A DNA stretch of 64,000 nt from Bacilli bacterium (lineage in GTDB: Bacteria; Bacillota_I; Bacilli_A; ML615J-28; CAG-698), in NCBI GenBank assembly GCA_017450215.1, contig JAFSVH010000057.1, positions 11,154-75,153 on the forward strand, read 5' to 3'. The notes beneath the pieces are model-generated. The model searched no databases, was not told the DNA's origin, and saw only the letters and a list, made by a program, of their open reading frames with translations. This document shows positions 1 through 10,194 of this stretch, piece by piece. The position numbers and the translations under genes are program-made. Each line of letters opens with the position of its first letter. The stretch's first letter is position 1.

Positions 1-46
1 CTTTTATAAATATGAGATATATTTATATATTTTAATGAGGATGAAA

Positions 47-517
47 ATGAAAAAACTATTTTTATATATTCCTAAATTAGAAGATTTATGGTTTAGAGAG
101 CAAATGTTAAGTGATGAAGAAACAATGTCATATAATCATAAATGGGGTGGTACCATAGATTTTCCAAAGACTAAATGGAATGATTGGTATTCATATTGGG
201 TTAAGACTATAGGTAATAATAGATTATATAGATATTTAGTTAATGATAATGGAGATTTCATTGGTGAAATTGCCTATCATAAAGATGAAGATACTAATTA
301 TTATATGACTAATATAATTATATATTCTAAATATCGTAATTTAGGCTATGGAAGAATTGGGCTTGGGCTTTTAATTGATATTGCGAAAGAAAATGGAATA
401 ACAGAATTATATGATGATATTGCTATTGATAATAAAGCAATTAAATTATTTATTGATTTTGGTTTTTATGAAATATATAGAACTGATGATATAATAATGA
501 TGAAAAAAGATTTGTAG
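47..517 (+). CDS. GNAT-family N-acetyltransferase
   Basis: The ORF track gives 35..517, but an AGGA RBS sits 5 nt upstream of the in-frame ATG at 47. The protein has a GNAT-like core (RNLGYGRIGLGLLIDIAKENG acetyl-CoA-binding-type segment). Confidence 0.55.
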   Translation: MKKLFLYIPKLEDLWFREQMLSDEETMSYNHKWGGTIDFPKTKWNDWYSYWVKTIGNNRLYRYLVNDNGDFIGEIAYHKDEDTNYYMTNIIIYSKYRNLGYGRIGLGLLIDIAKENGITELYDDIAIDNKAIKLFIDFGFYEIYRTDDIIMMKKDL

Positions 518-810
518 GTTTATATTATGGCAAGTACAAAAGAATATTAGAAATATAAATATTAATAATATTTATTACCAGTTAATGAATTAAATATTAC
601 ATATAAAAAGATGATAGGATAATATCTTTTATACAGTGATGGCATCTTATTTGGTGGTATATATGATAATCGTTTCTTGATTAGGATGACTAAATCAATT
701 GAATCTTTCAACTGATATTCCGTATAAAGGTGCAAAGACTATGTATTTAATTGATATTGAAGAAAAGATATAATTAAAGAAATAATTGTGAAAGTGGTGG
801 AAGAAATAAA

Positions 811-1305
811 ATGGAATATAAAGTAACAAAATTAAATAGAATGGTATTTATTGGTTTTGAAAAAATATTTTCTAATGATAATTCTTATCAAGAAATACCA
901 AAATATTGGAATGAAATATACAATAAATATGCAAATATTGAGTCTAGCAATAAATACAAAAAAGCATTCATAGATAATAATATTGGCGAATATGCTATTT
1001 GTGTTGATGATTTAACAGGGAATAAATTTAGATATTTAATTGCTGGTAAATATGAAGGTGGAGAAGTTCTTGATGGAATGGTTCTTTATGAATTTGGTGA
1101 AAGTGAATGGGCTATATTTGATTGTGTAGGTCCCATACCTGAGGCATTACAGGCATTAAATACCAAAATTTTTAAAGAATGGCTGCCTTATAATGATGAA
1201 TACAAATTAAATGGTAATGCAACAATTGAATGGTATAGTAATCAGGATAATCTTACTGATATTTTTTATCATTCATCAATTTGGATTCCAGTAAAGAGAA
1301 AATAA
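811..1305 (+). CDS. GyrI-like / AraC effector-binding domain protein
   Basis: The 164-aa protein has a pattern typical of GyrI-like small-molecule-binding domains (KLNRMVFIGFEKIF, IPKYWNEI, IEWYSN). A purine-rich RBS precedes the ATG. Confidence 0.5.
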   Translation: MEYKVTKLNRMVFIGFEKIFSNDNSYQEIPKYWNEIYNKYANIESSNKYKKAFIDNNIGEYAICVDDLTGNKFRYLIAGKYEGGEVLDGMVLYEFGESEWAIFDCVGPIPEALQALNTKIFKEWLPYNDEYKLNGNATIEWYSNQDNLTDIFYHSSIWIPVKRK

Positions 1306-1323
1306 TAATATTAATGGTGTTTT

Positions 1324-2016
1324 ATGTGTACTAGTATTGTTGTTAATAAAAAGAAGACTTTAGTTGGTTGGAATCTTGATTTACTTGATATGGAATATCG
1401 TGTAAGACCAAATGATAATGGTGTTTATATTGAAGTTTATGATCATAAAGAAGGTTGGATGCCACTTTTTGGTGCTAATTCAAGAGGTGACTTTGTTGGA
1501 ATGCCAACATGTTATCCTTTTGATGAAAGAAGTAATCCTAATGGTGAAGGGCACAATATCATTATATTAGATATTGATTTATTGCTTCAAAAGAAGACTT
1601 TTCAAGAAATTAAAGATATAGCATGTAAAGAAAAAATATTCAGTATACCTAATCTTACATTTATGTCTAGTTTGTCTGATAAAGATGGAAATGTATTACA
1701 TATTATCCCTGGTCAAGGTAGTTTATATTATGAAAAACCAGAATATAAAGTATTAACTAATTTTTCTCCATATAAACAAGATTCAGAATATCATCCTTGG
1801 ATGGGTTTTGATCGATACAAAAAAACTTTAGAATTATTAAGTCAAATAGATGATGATTTTGATGTTAAAGATTGCTTTTCTATTTTAAAGGCCGTATCAC
1901 AGGAAGTATGTCCTACTGTTGTATCTATGGTATTTGATGTGAATGAAAGAAAAGTATATTGGTGTGAAAATAGAGAATATGACAACGTAAAAGTGTTTGA
2001 ATTACATAAAAAATAG
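1324..2016 (+). CDS. Ntn-hydrolase (choloylglycine hydrolase / linear amide C-N hydrolase family)-like protein, short form
   Basis: N-terminal MCTSIVV carries a Cys at position 2, the nucleophile position of the Ntn hydrolases of the CBAH/PVA family. At 230 aa it is short for that family. Confidence 0.45.
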   Translation: MCTSIVVNKKKTLVGWNLDLLDMEYRVRPNDNGVYIEVYDHKEGWMPLFGANSRGDFVGMPTCYPFDERSNPNGEGHNIIILDIDLLLQKKTFQEIKDIACKEKIFSIPNLTFMSSLSDKDGNVLHIIPGQGSLYYEKPEYKVLTNFSPYKQDSEYHPWMGFDRYKKTLELLSQIDDDFDVKDCFSILKAVSQEVCPTVVSMVFDVNERKVYWCENREYDNVKVFELHKK

Positions 2017-2024
2017 AGGTATTT

Positions 2025-2345
2025 ATGTTATTTGGTTACATTGTTTTTTTTAGTGTTGGATTAATGCTCATTATATTTGGCATATTGATAGCATTCTTTA
2101 AAAAGATTAATTTGATTCATGATTATCATGTTCAGAATGTGAAAGAAGAAGATAAAAATAATTATTTAAGTTTGATTGGAATAAGCTTAATAATAATAGG
2201 TATTAGTATAATATGTATGGGGATATTATTAATTATCTTAATCAATAAAAAATTAGCCTTTATACCACTAGTAGGAGGCTTATTAATCGGAATTATCATA
2301 ATTATAATTGCACAAAAGAAATATAATGGTGGTATTTTTAGTTGA
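2025..2345 (+). CDS. Small membrane protein (DUF3784-like, about 3 predicted TM helices)
   Basis: Hydrophobic segments flank a charged loop (HDYHVQNVKEEDKNNY). A GAGG RBS (AAAATAGAGGTATTT) precedes the ATG. Confidence 0.45.
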   Translation: MLFGYIVFFSVGLMLIIFGILIAFFKKINLIHDYHVQNVKEEDKNNYLSLIGISLIIIGISIICMGILLIILINKKLAFIPLVGGLLIGIIIIIIAQKKYNGGIFS

Positions 2346-2408
2346 TTGTGTGTACTCTTTTTCCTAACAAATGTTATAATATATTTAATATAGATTGGAG
2401 ATAAATAA

Positions 2409-3473
2409 ATGTATAGAAATACTTGTGTTTACGTTAATCTTTCAAATTTAGAATACAATGTGAGAACATTGATTAAGAGATATGAAGGATATAAATATTA
2501 TTTTGGTGTTGTGAAAGCTGATTGCTACGGTCATTATGGTATGAATCCAGTTGATAGCATAATCAAAGCTGGATGTAATTATTTAGCTGTTGCAACTCTA
2601 GATGAAGCAATAGTTATTAGAGAACAAAGACCTAATTTGAATATACCTATCTTATGTTTAGGTATTATTGATCCTAAATATATTGATGTATGTGTTAAAA
2701 ATAATATTACTGTTACTATTAGTAATCTTGAATATGTAAAAAATTTAGAATCTAATGATAAACTTAAAGTTCATATTAAGGTTAATTCTGGAATGAATAG
2801 ATTAGGTGTAAATAATAGTAAAGACTTTAATGAGGTATATAAAGCTATTAAAGACAAGAGCTTTATATTAGAAGGTATTTATACTCATATTTATGATGCT
2901 TCAAGTGAATATAATACAATGAAGCAATATCAATTGTTCGAAGAAATAACTAAAGACATTGATTTATCAATGATTCCAATTGTTCATGTTGGAGCAAGTG
3001 AAGCAACTGAATTATATGAAAAAAGACCATATGCTAATGGATGTAGATTAGGCATTGCAATGTATGGCTTAATTGATTATAAAAATATCGAATTTAAGTC
3101 AACATTCAGTCTATGTAGTGAAGTAATTCAAATCAATGAAGTTCAAAATGGTATTGTAGGCTATTCGGGAAAATATAAAGTTGGAAATAAAAAAGAAAGA
3201 ATAGCAGTTATTCCAATAGGCTATGCTGATGGAATTATTAGAAAGAATAGTGGTAGAATAGTTTTCATTAACAATAAAGAATATGAAATTGTTGGTAATG
3301 TCTGCATGGATATGTTGTTTGTGAGGGTTGATGAGGCAGTTAAGGTAGGAGATAAAGTAGAAATAATCAAAGATATTGATCATATTAAAAAAATTGCAAA
3401 ATATTTAGATACTATTACTTATGAAGTTATTTGCTCAATTGGTAAAAGAGTACCAAGAATATATGTGAAATAA
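2409..3473 (+). CDS. alr: Alanine racemase
   Basis: PLP-lysine motif VVKADCYGHYG, plus KVNSGMNRLG, IPIGYADG, GNVCMDMLFV and a C-terminal YEVICSIGKRVPRIYV, all characteristic of Alr. GGAG RBS. Confidence 0.85.
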   Translation: MYRNTCVYVNLSNLEYNVRTLIKRYEGYKYYFGVVKADCYGHYGMNPVDSIIKAGCNYLAVATLDEAIVIREQRPNLNIPILCLGIIDPKYIDVCVKNNITVTISNLEYVKNLESNDKLKVHIKVNSGMNRLGVNNSKDFNEVYKAIKDKSFILEGIYTHIYDASSEYNTMKQYQLFEEITKDIDLSMIPIVHVGASEATELYEKRPYANGCRLGIAMYGLIDYKNIEFKSTFSLCSEVIQINEVQNGIVGYSGKYKVGNKKERIAVIPIGYADGIIRKNSGRIVFINNKEYEIVGNVCMDMLFVRVDEAVKVGDKVEIIKDIDHIKKIAKYLDTITYEVICSIGKRVPRIYVK

Positions 3474-3647
3474 AAAAAGAAGTTAAAAAAAAATTTATAT
3501 TATAAACTTAAAAAAAACTGGTTTATTGATATTAGTCACTAAACCAGCTTTTTTAAAATATAAACATTCAATAATAGATAATATTAAATGTTTATTAGTA
3601 AATGCTTTTTTATGGTATAATCGTAATAAATAGAGAGGAAATGAGAA

Positions 3648-4613
3648 ATGAAGAAATTTTTAAAGATATTATTAATTGTATTTGGAAGTATTATTGTATT
3701 TGTTGGTATTTTATTATTCTTTGCTTTTGTGGTTACACCAGTAAAAGCGCAACCTAAAAATATTGATACAATTTCCTGGATGAATAATATTGATGATAAT
3801 AAGAAATTATCTAGTCTTTCTATTCCTGGTACTCATGATAGTGGCGCTTATAGAGGGGGATTATTATATCAATTTGGTAAGAATCAAGATCTTACAATTG
3901 AAAACCAACTTAAAGTTGGTGCTAGATTTTTTGATTTAAGATTAGGATTTAAAGGTGATGAACTTTATATTTACCATGGTTTCTTTAATGAAAAAGTAAA
4001 ATTCAGTGATATTTTAGATTCATTTAAATCATTTTTAAATGAATATAGTAGTGAAACAATCTTAATGTGCATAAAAAAAGAACATGGTGAAGATTTAAGT
4101 GATGAATTAATGAAAATTATTAATGAATATAATCAAAATAATTTATTCTATTTAAAAGATGATAATCCTACATTAGGTGAAATAAGAGGTAAAATAGTTT
4201 TATTTAGAAGATTTTCTTATTCGAGTGAAGCTGGAATTAATTTGTATGATGGCTTTATTGATAATGCAACATTTGATATTACATCAAATAAATATAGTAA
4301 TATTCATATTCAAGATTATTATAATTTTGAAAAAGAAGAAATGGACACTGAATGGATTGCTATAAAGGATTGTATTGATTATTGTAGTGAAAGTGGTGAA
4401 GATGAATTAATTATTAATTTTACTTCAGGATATTATTCACTAGTAAAATTTACTGCTCTACCACTAAACAGAGCTACTAGTGATTATGTTCATCCAAGGT
4501 TTATTGATTATGTAAAACAAGATAATATGAAAGAAAAAAAATTAGGAATAGTATTATTTGATTTTATTGATGAAGAGATAGCAAAAACTGTCTATGAAAG
4601 GAATTATGAATAA
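3648..4613 (+). CDS. Membrane-anchored phosphatidylinositol-specific phospholipase C X-domain protein
   Basis: N-terminal TM helix followed by the catalytic-type motif SIPGTHDSGAY of the PI-PLC X domain. Strong RBS (AGAGAGGAAATGAGAA). Confidence 0.65.
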   Translation: MKKFLKILLIVFGSIIVFVGILLFFAFVVTPVKAQPKNIDTISWMNNIDDNKKLSSLSIPGTHDSGAYRGGLLYQFGKNQDLTIENQLKVGARFFDLRLGFKGDELYIYHGFFNEKVKFSDILDSFKSFLNEYSSETILMCIKKEHGEDLSDELMKIINEYNQNNLFYLKDDNPTLGEIRGKIVLFRRFSYSSEAGINLYDGFIDNATFDITSNKYSNIHIQDYYNFEKEEMDTEWIAIKDCIDYCSESGEDELIINFTSGYYSLVKFTALPLNRATSDYVHPRFIDYVKQDNMKEKKLGIVLFDFIDEEIAKTVYERNYE

Positions 4614-6179
4614 ATGAAAGATTATCTTCAAATTAAAGATGTAAATGAAATGACTATTGATGAACTTGTTGGACAAACCATCATGTGTGGTCTACCTTAT
4701 GATTATTTAGATAATGAATCAAAAGAATTTATTAAAAAATATAACATAGGTAATTTTATTTTATTTGCAAGAAATTATAAAGATACAAATGGAATGAAGA
4801 AATTTATGAAAGATTTATATGAATTTAGCCTTGACAATGTTTCATCTTTTCCGCTTGTATCAATTGATCAAGAAGGTGGAATGGTTACGAGATTATTTAA
4901 AGATGTTACTTTTCCTGCTTCCCCTTTAACAACGTCTCTTTCAAGTGTTAAAGATGCTTGTTTGATTACGGGTAGAATTATTGGTGAAGATATGATGAAG
5001 CTTGGACTAAATTTAAATTTAGCTCCTTGTCTAGAAATAAACCATGAATTAAAAAGCCATTTAGTTAATGTTAGAAGCTATGGCTATAATAAAGAGATGG
5101 TTATAAAAGGTGCTAGAAGCTTTATTGATGGTCTTCATGAAAGTAATTGCTTATCATGCCTAAAGCATTTTCCTGGTGCTGGTAAATCAACTAAAGATTC
5201 ACATTTAGAGCTTCCTATTATTGAAGATAAAAAAGAAGATATTATGAATGAAGAAATGTATCCATTTTTGAAATTGATGGATAATGATTCTATTATGTCT
5301 AGTCATTGCTTGTTTAAATCTTTTGATGATGTTCCTACTACTTTATCTAGAAAATTTTTAACTGATTTTTTAAGAGGTGAAGTAGGATTTAAAGGACTAG
5401 TAATATCTGATGGAATGGAAATGAAAGCAATTTATGATCATTATGGCATAGAAAAAGGTTGCATTATGGCCTTAAATGCTGGATGTGATATATTACTTGT
5501 ATGCCATGAAAAAGAATTACAAGAAAAAGCAATTAATGCAGTTAGAAATGCAGTTAAAAATGGTGAAATTGATCTTGAAGAATTAAAAGATAAAGTAAGA
5601 AGAATTAATGAAGCTAAAAAGAGAACTTCTGTAGGTTTAAAGAAATATTTAAATTTCGATAAACCTTATGAAATAAAAGAAGAAGACCATAGAATAATGG
5701 AAGATATTGTCTTTTCATCTTTTACTTTATTTTACGGTAAGGCTCCAATATATACTAAAGATGCGCTTATTTATACACCTAAAGCAATAGTTGGAAGTAT
5801 TGTGGAAGACGAATTTAATTCAAGAGACCTAACAAAAGCACTAAGAAAGAATTTTGATAACGAAATTATTGAATTTAATGAAGAAACAGATTTTGTAAAT
5901 AAACAAATTGAATATATTAATAAAAATAATGTGAAAGATGTTATTGCTTATTCTTATGATGCTTTTAAAATGAATAATCAAATTAATTTAATTAATGAGC
6001 TTGCTAATCAAAATATCAATTTATATGTTGTATCCTTAAAAGGACCAATGGATAGGCTACTTTTTAAGAATATAAAGAATTATTCTTGTTTATATGAATA
6101 TACTCCAAATAGTATTAAGTGCATTATTGAACAATTAAAAAGAAATATTAAAACAAATAATTTTGATTTTAAGATTTAA
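4614..6179 (+). CDS. nagZ: Glycoside hydrolase family 3 beta-N-acetylhexosaminidase (NagZ-like)
   Basis: GH3 N-terminal domain motifs LVSIDQEGGMVTRL and KHFPGAGKST, with a catalytic Asp region LVISDGMEM. The start overlaps the upstream stop (TAAATG), which suggests translational coupling. Confidence 0.75.
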   Translation: MKDYLQIKDVNEMTIDELVGQTIMCGLPYDYLDNESKEFIKKYNIGNFILFARNYKDTNGMKKFMKDLYEFSLDNVSSFPLVSIDQEGGMVTRLFKDVTFPASPLTTSLSSVKDACLITGRIIGEDMMKLGLNLNLAPCLEINHELKSHLVNVRSYGYNKEMVIKGARSFIDGLHESNCLSCLKHFPGAGKSTKDSHLELPIIEDKKEDIMNEEMYPFLKLMDNDSIMSSHCLFKSFDDVPTTLSRKFLTDFLRGEVGFKGLVISDGMEMKAIYDHYGIEKGCIMALNAGCDILLVCHEKELQEKAINAVRNAVKNGEIDLEELKDKVRRINEAKKRTSVGLKKYLNFDKPYEIKEEDHRIMEDIVFSSFTLFYGKAPIYTKDALIYTPKAIVGSIVEDEFNSRDLTKALRKNFDNEIIEFNEETDFVNKQIEYINKNNVKDVIAYSYDAFKMNNQINLINELANQNINLYVVSLKGPMDRLLFKNIKNYSCLYEYTPNSIKCIIEQLKRNIKTNNFDFKI

Positions 6180-6298
6180 ATTGCATAATTTTGTAAAGTC
6201 AACTTTAAGTAGACCAAAATTAATTATCTATTTCTTGTCTAGATGAACAATAGAAACTATAATTCAATTAGATAATAAATTTATATGTGGGGATAAAC

Positions 6299-7084
6299 AT
6301 GAAATTATCTGAAATATTAAAAGAATATCGAAATAACAATAATTTAACCCAAACTGATCTAGCTAGTAAATTGTTTGTTTCAAAACAAGCAATCTCTAAA
6401 TGGGAAAATGATAAAGGATATCCTGATTTATCACTTTATCCAGTTCTTGCTGAAATTACTGGATTAAGTATTGATGAATTAATGGGAATTGAAAGAAAGG
6501 GTAAAGTTGTTAATAAGCAAGGTTTTGAAAATCAAGACTCTGATAACAAAAAAGAAGGGTTTAATAAATTAAAAATCACCTCATTTGTTATGTTGTTTAT
6601 TGCATTAATCATTCTAATAATAATGTCAATTATTACTATTAATAAAGATAAAAAGAATATTATTGATGATAATATTGTCTTAAATGTATTAATTGAAAAT
6701 GTTTATAATGATACAGGAATTAGTATCACTAATACAGTAACAAATTGGAGTTATATTGATTATTCAAAATGGGGCGTTTATGATAATACAATGCCTAATA
6801 ATATATCTTTTATTGTATTAGATAAGCCTATTAATACTTCTAAAGGCAATTGGATTGATTTAATCGATGAAGATGTAATAAATAATATATTAAATATTAT
6901 TCCAGATAATGCACATAATTTTGTGAATAATAGTGATAGTTTTATTCTTGTTAATAGAACTACAAAAAAGCTTAATGAGATTAATCTTAATAAATTAAAT
7001 GAATTAGATGATTTATGTTTAATATGCTACCAAAAAGATTATATGAGAATTATTATCATTAATTTCTATTATGTTATTAAATAG
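6299..7084 (+). CDS. Membrane-anchored XRE-family helix-turn-helix protein
   Basis: N-terminal HTH_3 (LTQTDLASKLFVSKQAISKWENDKGYPDL), a single TM (ITSFVMLFIALIILIIM) and an Asn-rich extracytoplasmic domain. The GGGGATAAAC RBS favours the ATG at 6299 over 6287. Confidence 0.6.
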   Translation: MKLSEILKEYRNNNNLTQTDLASKLFVSKQAISKWENDKGYPDLSLYPVLAEITGLSIDELMGIERKGKVVNKQGFENQDSDNKKEGFNKLKITSFVMLFIALIILIIMSIITINKDKKNIIDDNIVLNVLIENVYNDTGISITNTVTNWSYIDYSKWGVYDNTMPNNISFIVLDKPINTSKGNWIDLIDEDVINNILNIIPDNAHNFVNNSDSFILVNRTTKKLNEINLNKLNELDDLCLICYQKDYMRIIIINFYYVIK

Positions 7085-7136
7085 AAGACCCTACATTATT
7101 TATAATTAATTATCATAATTTATTATAGGAGGAAGT

Positions 7137-8474
7137 ATGAAAGCTTATAAAGTATTTGTTTTCGTTCTTTTGTCATTGTGTTTATTCTTGTTTACTGGCT
7201 GTGATGTTGATGCTAACACTGCAACTATCGATGATGGTGATTATTGTTATATCTATTTATCAAGTAATCCTGCTTTATCATATGTACGAACACAAACTAA
7301 CATTACAATTAAAGATGAATCTCTTTATTTTAAATTCGATGATAGCGAATCTTTTTATAAATTGAAAAGATGTAAAATAGATAAAGATGTATTTGAAATA
7401 AAATCAGCAGTTAGTTTGTTATATTTGAATGAATATTCACATGATATCATTGAAAATATTAAAAAAGAGAAGAAGATAGATGGTTTTAAATGTGAAATAA
7501 AAGCAGGAACTGTTTATAAGACAACATATTATTTTTTCACATTTAAAGGTGCACAATATTTATGGATTGTACATAAAGGAAGTAGTTCTGATTATTATCA
7601 ATATGATTTTTTGGTTAATGTGACAAACAAAGATGTAAAATCATTATTAGAGCTTTGTAAGACTAATTCTGGTGCAGGTTATAATATTTGGAAAACTCCA
7701 AGAAAAGCAAAAGATTCTTCAACTGTACCTTCAGATGTAGTTGGTTATTATTCTTATAATAAATCATTTGGACAATTAGTATTCAATACTATTAATGATA
7801 TTGCTGATTGGAAGGAAATAGAAAATTATAATGAAGATGATTATAAATATGAAAATAATGCTATTACTATTGGCTTCCAAGGAATGTATGGACAAATAAT
7901 AAGATTGATTGTGAAAGACGATAAATTATATGCTTATTCAATTTTTACTATTGGTGATGAACCTGTTTTGAAATATTATACTGAAAATAAAGATGCTATT
8001 GAAATGATAGATAAAGTTATCAATATTAAAGATGAAAATGGCTATAAATATTATGAAGATCAAGTTGTGACTAGTTATTATGATGAAAGTATAATCAGTA
8101 AAGAATTGCAAGAAGCATCTGTACAATATTATCTTGATATATATGGAGAAATTGATAAATATTTATTAAATGGAACTAAATTATCTGCACGTATTGTTGA
8201 TTGTATAAGTTGTCAACATGGTTGGCTTCTAAAATTTGAAGGATGTGAAAGCAGTGATAAAAGAAGTGAAGAAGAAGTAACTATATATGAATATTTAGAT
8301 TATGATAATAAAGAATATACTACCACAACATATAAATTTAAATATAAAGATAATAATCCTTATTATTTTTATTATGGTAATTCTAATGTTTGTACTATTG
8401 TTGATGCTTATTCATTAGTAGTAATTACAAAAGATGAATTAGCTAGTTTTGAAAATTATTTAAATAATAAATAA
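7137..8474 (+). CDS. Lipoprotein of unknown function
   Basis: Signal peptide with lipobox LFTGC. No recognisable catalytic motifs. GGAGG RBS. Confidence 0.55.
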   Translation: MKAYKVFVFVLLSLCLFLFTGCDVDANTATIDDGDYCYIYLSSNPALSYVRTQTNITIKDESLYFKFDDSESFYKLKRCKIDKDVFEIKSAVSLLYLNEYSHDIIENIKKEKKIDGFKCEIKAGTVYKTTYYFFTFKGAQYLWIVHKGSSSDYYQYDFLVNVTNKDVKSLLELCKTNSGAGYNIWKTPRKAKDSSTVPSDVVGYYSYNKSFGQLVFNTINDIADWKEIENYNEDDYKYENNAITIGFQGMYGQIIRLIVKDDKLYAYSIFTIGDEPVLKYYTENKDAIEMIDKVINIKDENGYKYYEDQVVTSYYDESIISKELQEASVQYYLDIYGEIDKYLLNGTKLSARIVDCISCQHGWLLKFEGCESSDKRSEEEVTIYEYLDYDNKEYTTTTYKFKYKDNNPYYFYYGNSNVCTIVDAYSLVVITKDELASFENYLNNK

Positions 8475-8475
8475 T

Positions 8476-8524
8476 AAACACTTATAAACAATTATAAACA
8501 ATTATAAATAAGTGTTTATAAGTG
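8476..8524 (+). terminator. AT-rich hairpin containing a tandem TTATAAACAA repeat downstream of the lipoprotein gene
   Basis: The inverted repeat AAACACTTATAAACA ... TGTTTATAAGTG encloses two to three copies of TTATAAACAA. Confidence 0.4.
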
Positions 8525-8669
8525 AACTGATGTTTGTCTATTTATCCTTTATTTATTATTAATTTTTAAAAGATATTGATTAATAAGCTTAGGCTATGTT
8601 AAATCAATATCTTTTTATTTACATTTACTATTAAAATAAAGTAAAATAATGGTTATAGGAGATAATAAT

Positions 8670-9347
8670 ATGAAGAATACTAAATCATTAAAATTATCAT
8701 TAATAATAAATATCATCAATTTTGTATTCATTACATTTGCGACTATTTCGATGTATACTGGTTTTAATTTTATGACTGATGTAAATGATTTATCATTAGA
8801 GGGCTATTCAGCATTTCAGTTCTTTACTGTTGATTCTAATTTATTATTAGGTTTTGTCATTATTATTTTTGTTATCTATGAAATATTGCTCCTTTCAAGC
8901 AAGATTAATGAAATACCAAAATGGGTATATATTATTAAACATGTTGGTACTGTTGGGGTTACACTTACAATGTTGGTTACAGTATTTTTCTTAGGATTTA
9001 TTGCAAGTAGTGGGTATTTTTCTTTATTTACTAATGCTAATTTGTTCTATCATTTACTTTCGCCACTACTTAGTTTAGTTTGTTTTATATTATTAGAGAA
9101 TACAAATAAAATAAAATTTAATGATTGCTTATTTGGAATGTTACCTTTAATTCTTTATTCTTGCTATTATATTAGTAATGTCTTAATGCATATGGAAAAT
9201 GGTAAAGTATCTACATTTTATGATTTTTATTATTTTGCACAAGGTGGCATTATTTCAATTATAATATCAATCATTGTTGTTTTCTCAATTACTTTTGGTA
9301 TTTGTTATCTTACTTATTATTTTAATCGTAAATTATATAAGGAATAA
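8670..9347 (+). CDS. Polytopic membrane protein of unknown function
   Basis: About 6 hydrophobic helices. A TAGGAGAT RBS sits 8 nt before the ATG at 8670; the ORF track starts at 8649. Confidence 0.5.
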   Translation: MKNTKSLKLSLIINIINFVFITFATISMYTGFNFMTDVNDLSLEGYSAFQFFTVDSNLLLGFVIIIFVIYEILLLSSKINEIPKWVYIIKHVGTVGVTLTMLVTVFFLGFIASSGYFSLFTNANLFYHLLSPLLSLVCFILLENTNKIKFNDCLFGMLPLILYSCYYISNVLMHMENGKVSTFYDFYYFAQGGIISIIISIIVVFSITFGICYLTYYFNRKLYKE

Positions 9348-9377
9348 AAAACATCAGCTTATGGGCTGATGTTTTTA
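9347..9377. terminator. Bidirectional rho-independent terminator
   Basis: AAAAACATCAGC-TTATGG-GCTGATGTTTTT lies between convergent genes. Confidence 0.65.
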
Positions 9378-9408
9378 TTAATCATATTTATGATAAACAT
9401 ATGTATGT

Positions 9409-10194
9409 TTATTTATTTGTAAATATTTGAGTGTCAGATAAATCATTATTATATAATGATAATATTTTATCTATTGTTAATTCTTTCTTAGCTTGTTCAT
9501 CAAATGATAACATTATCTTACCATTATTCATAAGAATTAATTTATTACCATATTTTAGTGCGTCTTTCACATTGTGAGTAATCATTATAGTTGTGATTTT
9601 CTTTTCTGTAACGATTTTTTCGGTTAGTGAAAGGATTGTTTGAGCAGTGTTTGGATCAAGTGCTGCTGTGTGTTCATCAAGAAGAAGTAGCTTTGGAGAT
9701 TCAAGGGTTGCCATAAGCAATGTTAATGCTTGACGTTCACCACCTGAAAGAAGTCCAACGTTAGCATCTAATCTATCTTCTAAATTTAGATTTAATTCTT
9801 TTAGGGATTCTTTTAAAGAATCTCTATTTTTCTTTTTAGTTCCACGAGCAAACATACTCCATTTTCCTTTAGCTCTAACTAGAGCTAAATTTTCTTCAAT
9901 TGTCATGTTAGGAGCAGTACCAAGAAGTGGATTTTGGAATACAACTCCAATTGACCTTGCTCTTTTGTGAGATGGCTTATTAGTTATTATTTCATTATCT
10001 AATCTAATTTCACCACTCTTCGTTTCAACAAGACCTAAAATAGAATTAAGTAAAGTTGATTTACCTGCACCATTAGAGCCTATTACTGTTAAAAAGTCTC
10101 CTTCATCAAGGTGTAGATCAATTCCATCTAGTGCTCTTTTTTCATCAACAGTATTTTCATTAAATATTACTTTCAAATTAATAATATCTAGCAT
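9409..10194 (-). CDS. ABC transporter ATP-binding protein (TrpZ-like, COG1101 type)
   Basis: Walker A GSNGAGKST, signature LSGGERQ, Walker B LLLDEHTAALD. It is the last gene of an SBP-permease-ATPase operon. Confidence 0.8.
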   Translation of the reverse strand: MLDIINLKVIFNENTVDEKRALDGIDLHLDEGDFLTVIGSNGAGKSTLLNSILGLVETKSGEIRLDNEIITNKPSHKRARSIGVVFQNPLLGTAPNMTIEENLALVRAKGKWSMFARGTKKKNRDSLKESLKELNLNLEDRLDANVGLLSGGERQALTLLMATLESPKLLLLDEHTAALDPNTAQTILSLTEKIVTEKKITTIMITHNVKDALKYGNKLILMNNGKIMLSFDEQAKKELTIDKILSLYNNDLSDTQIFTNK

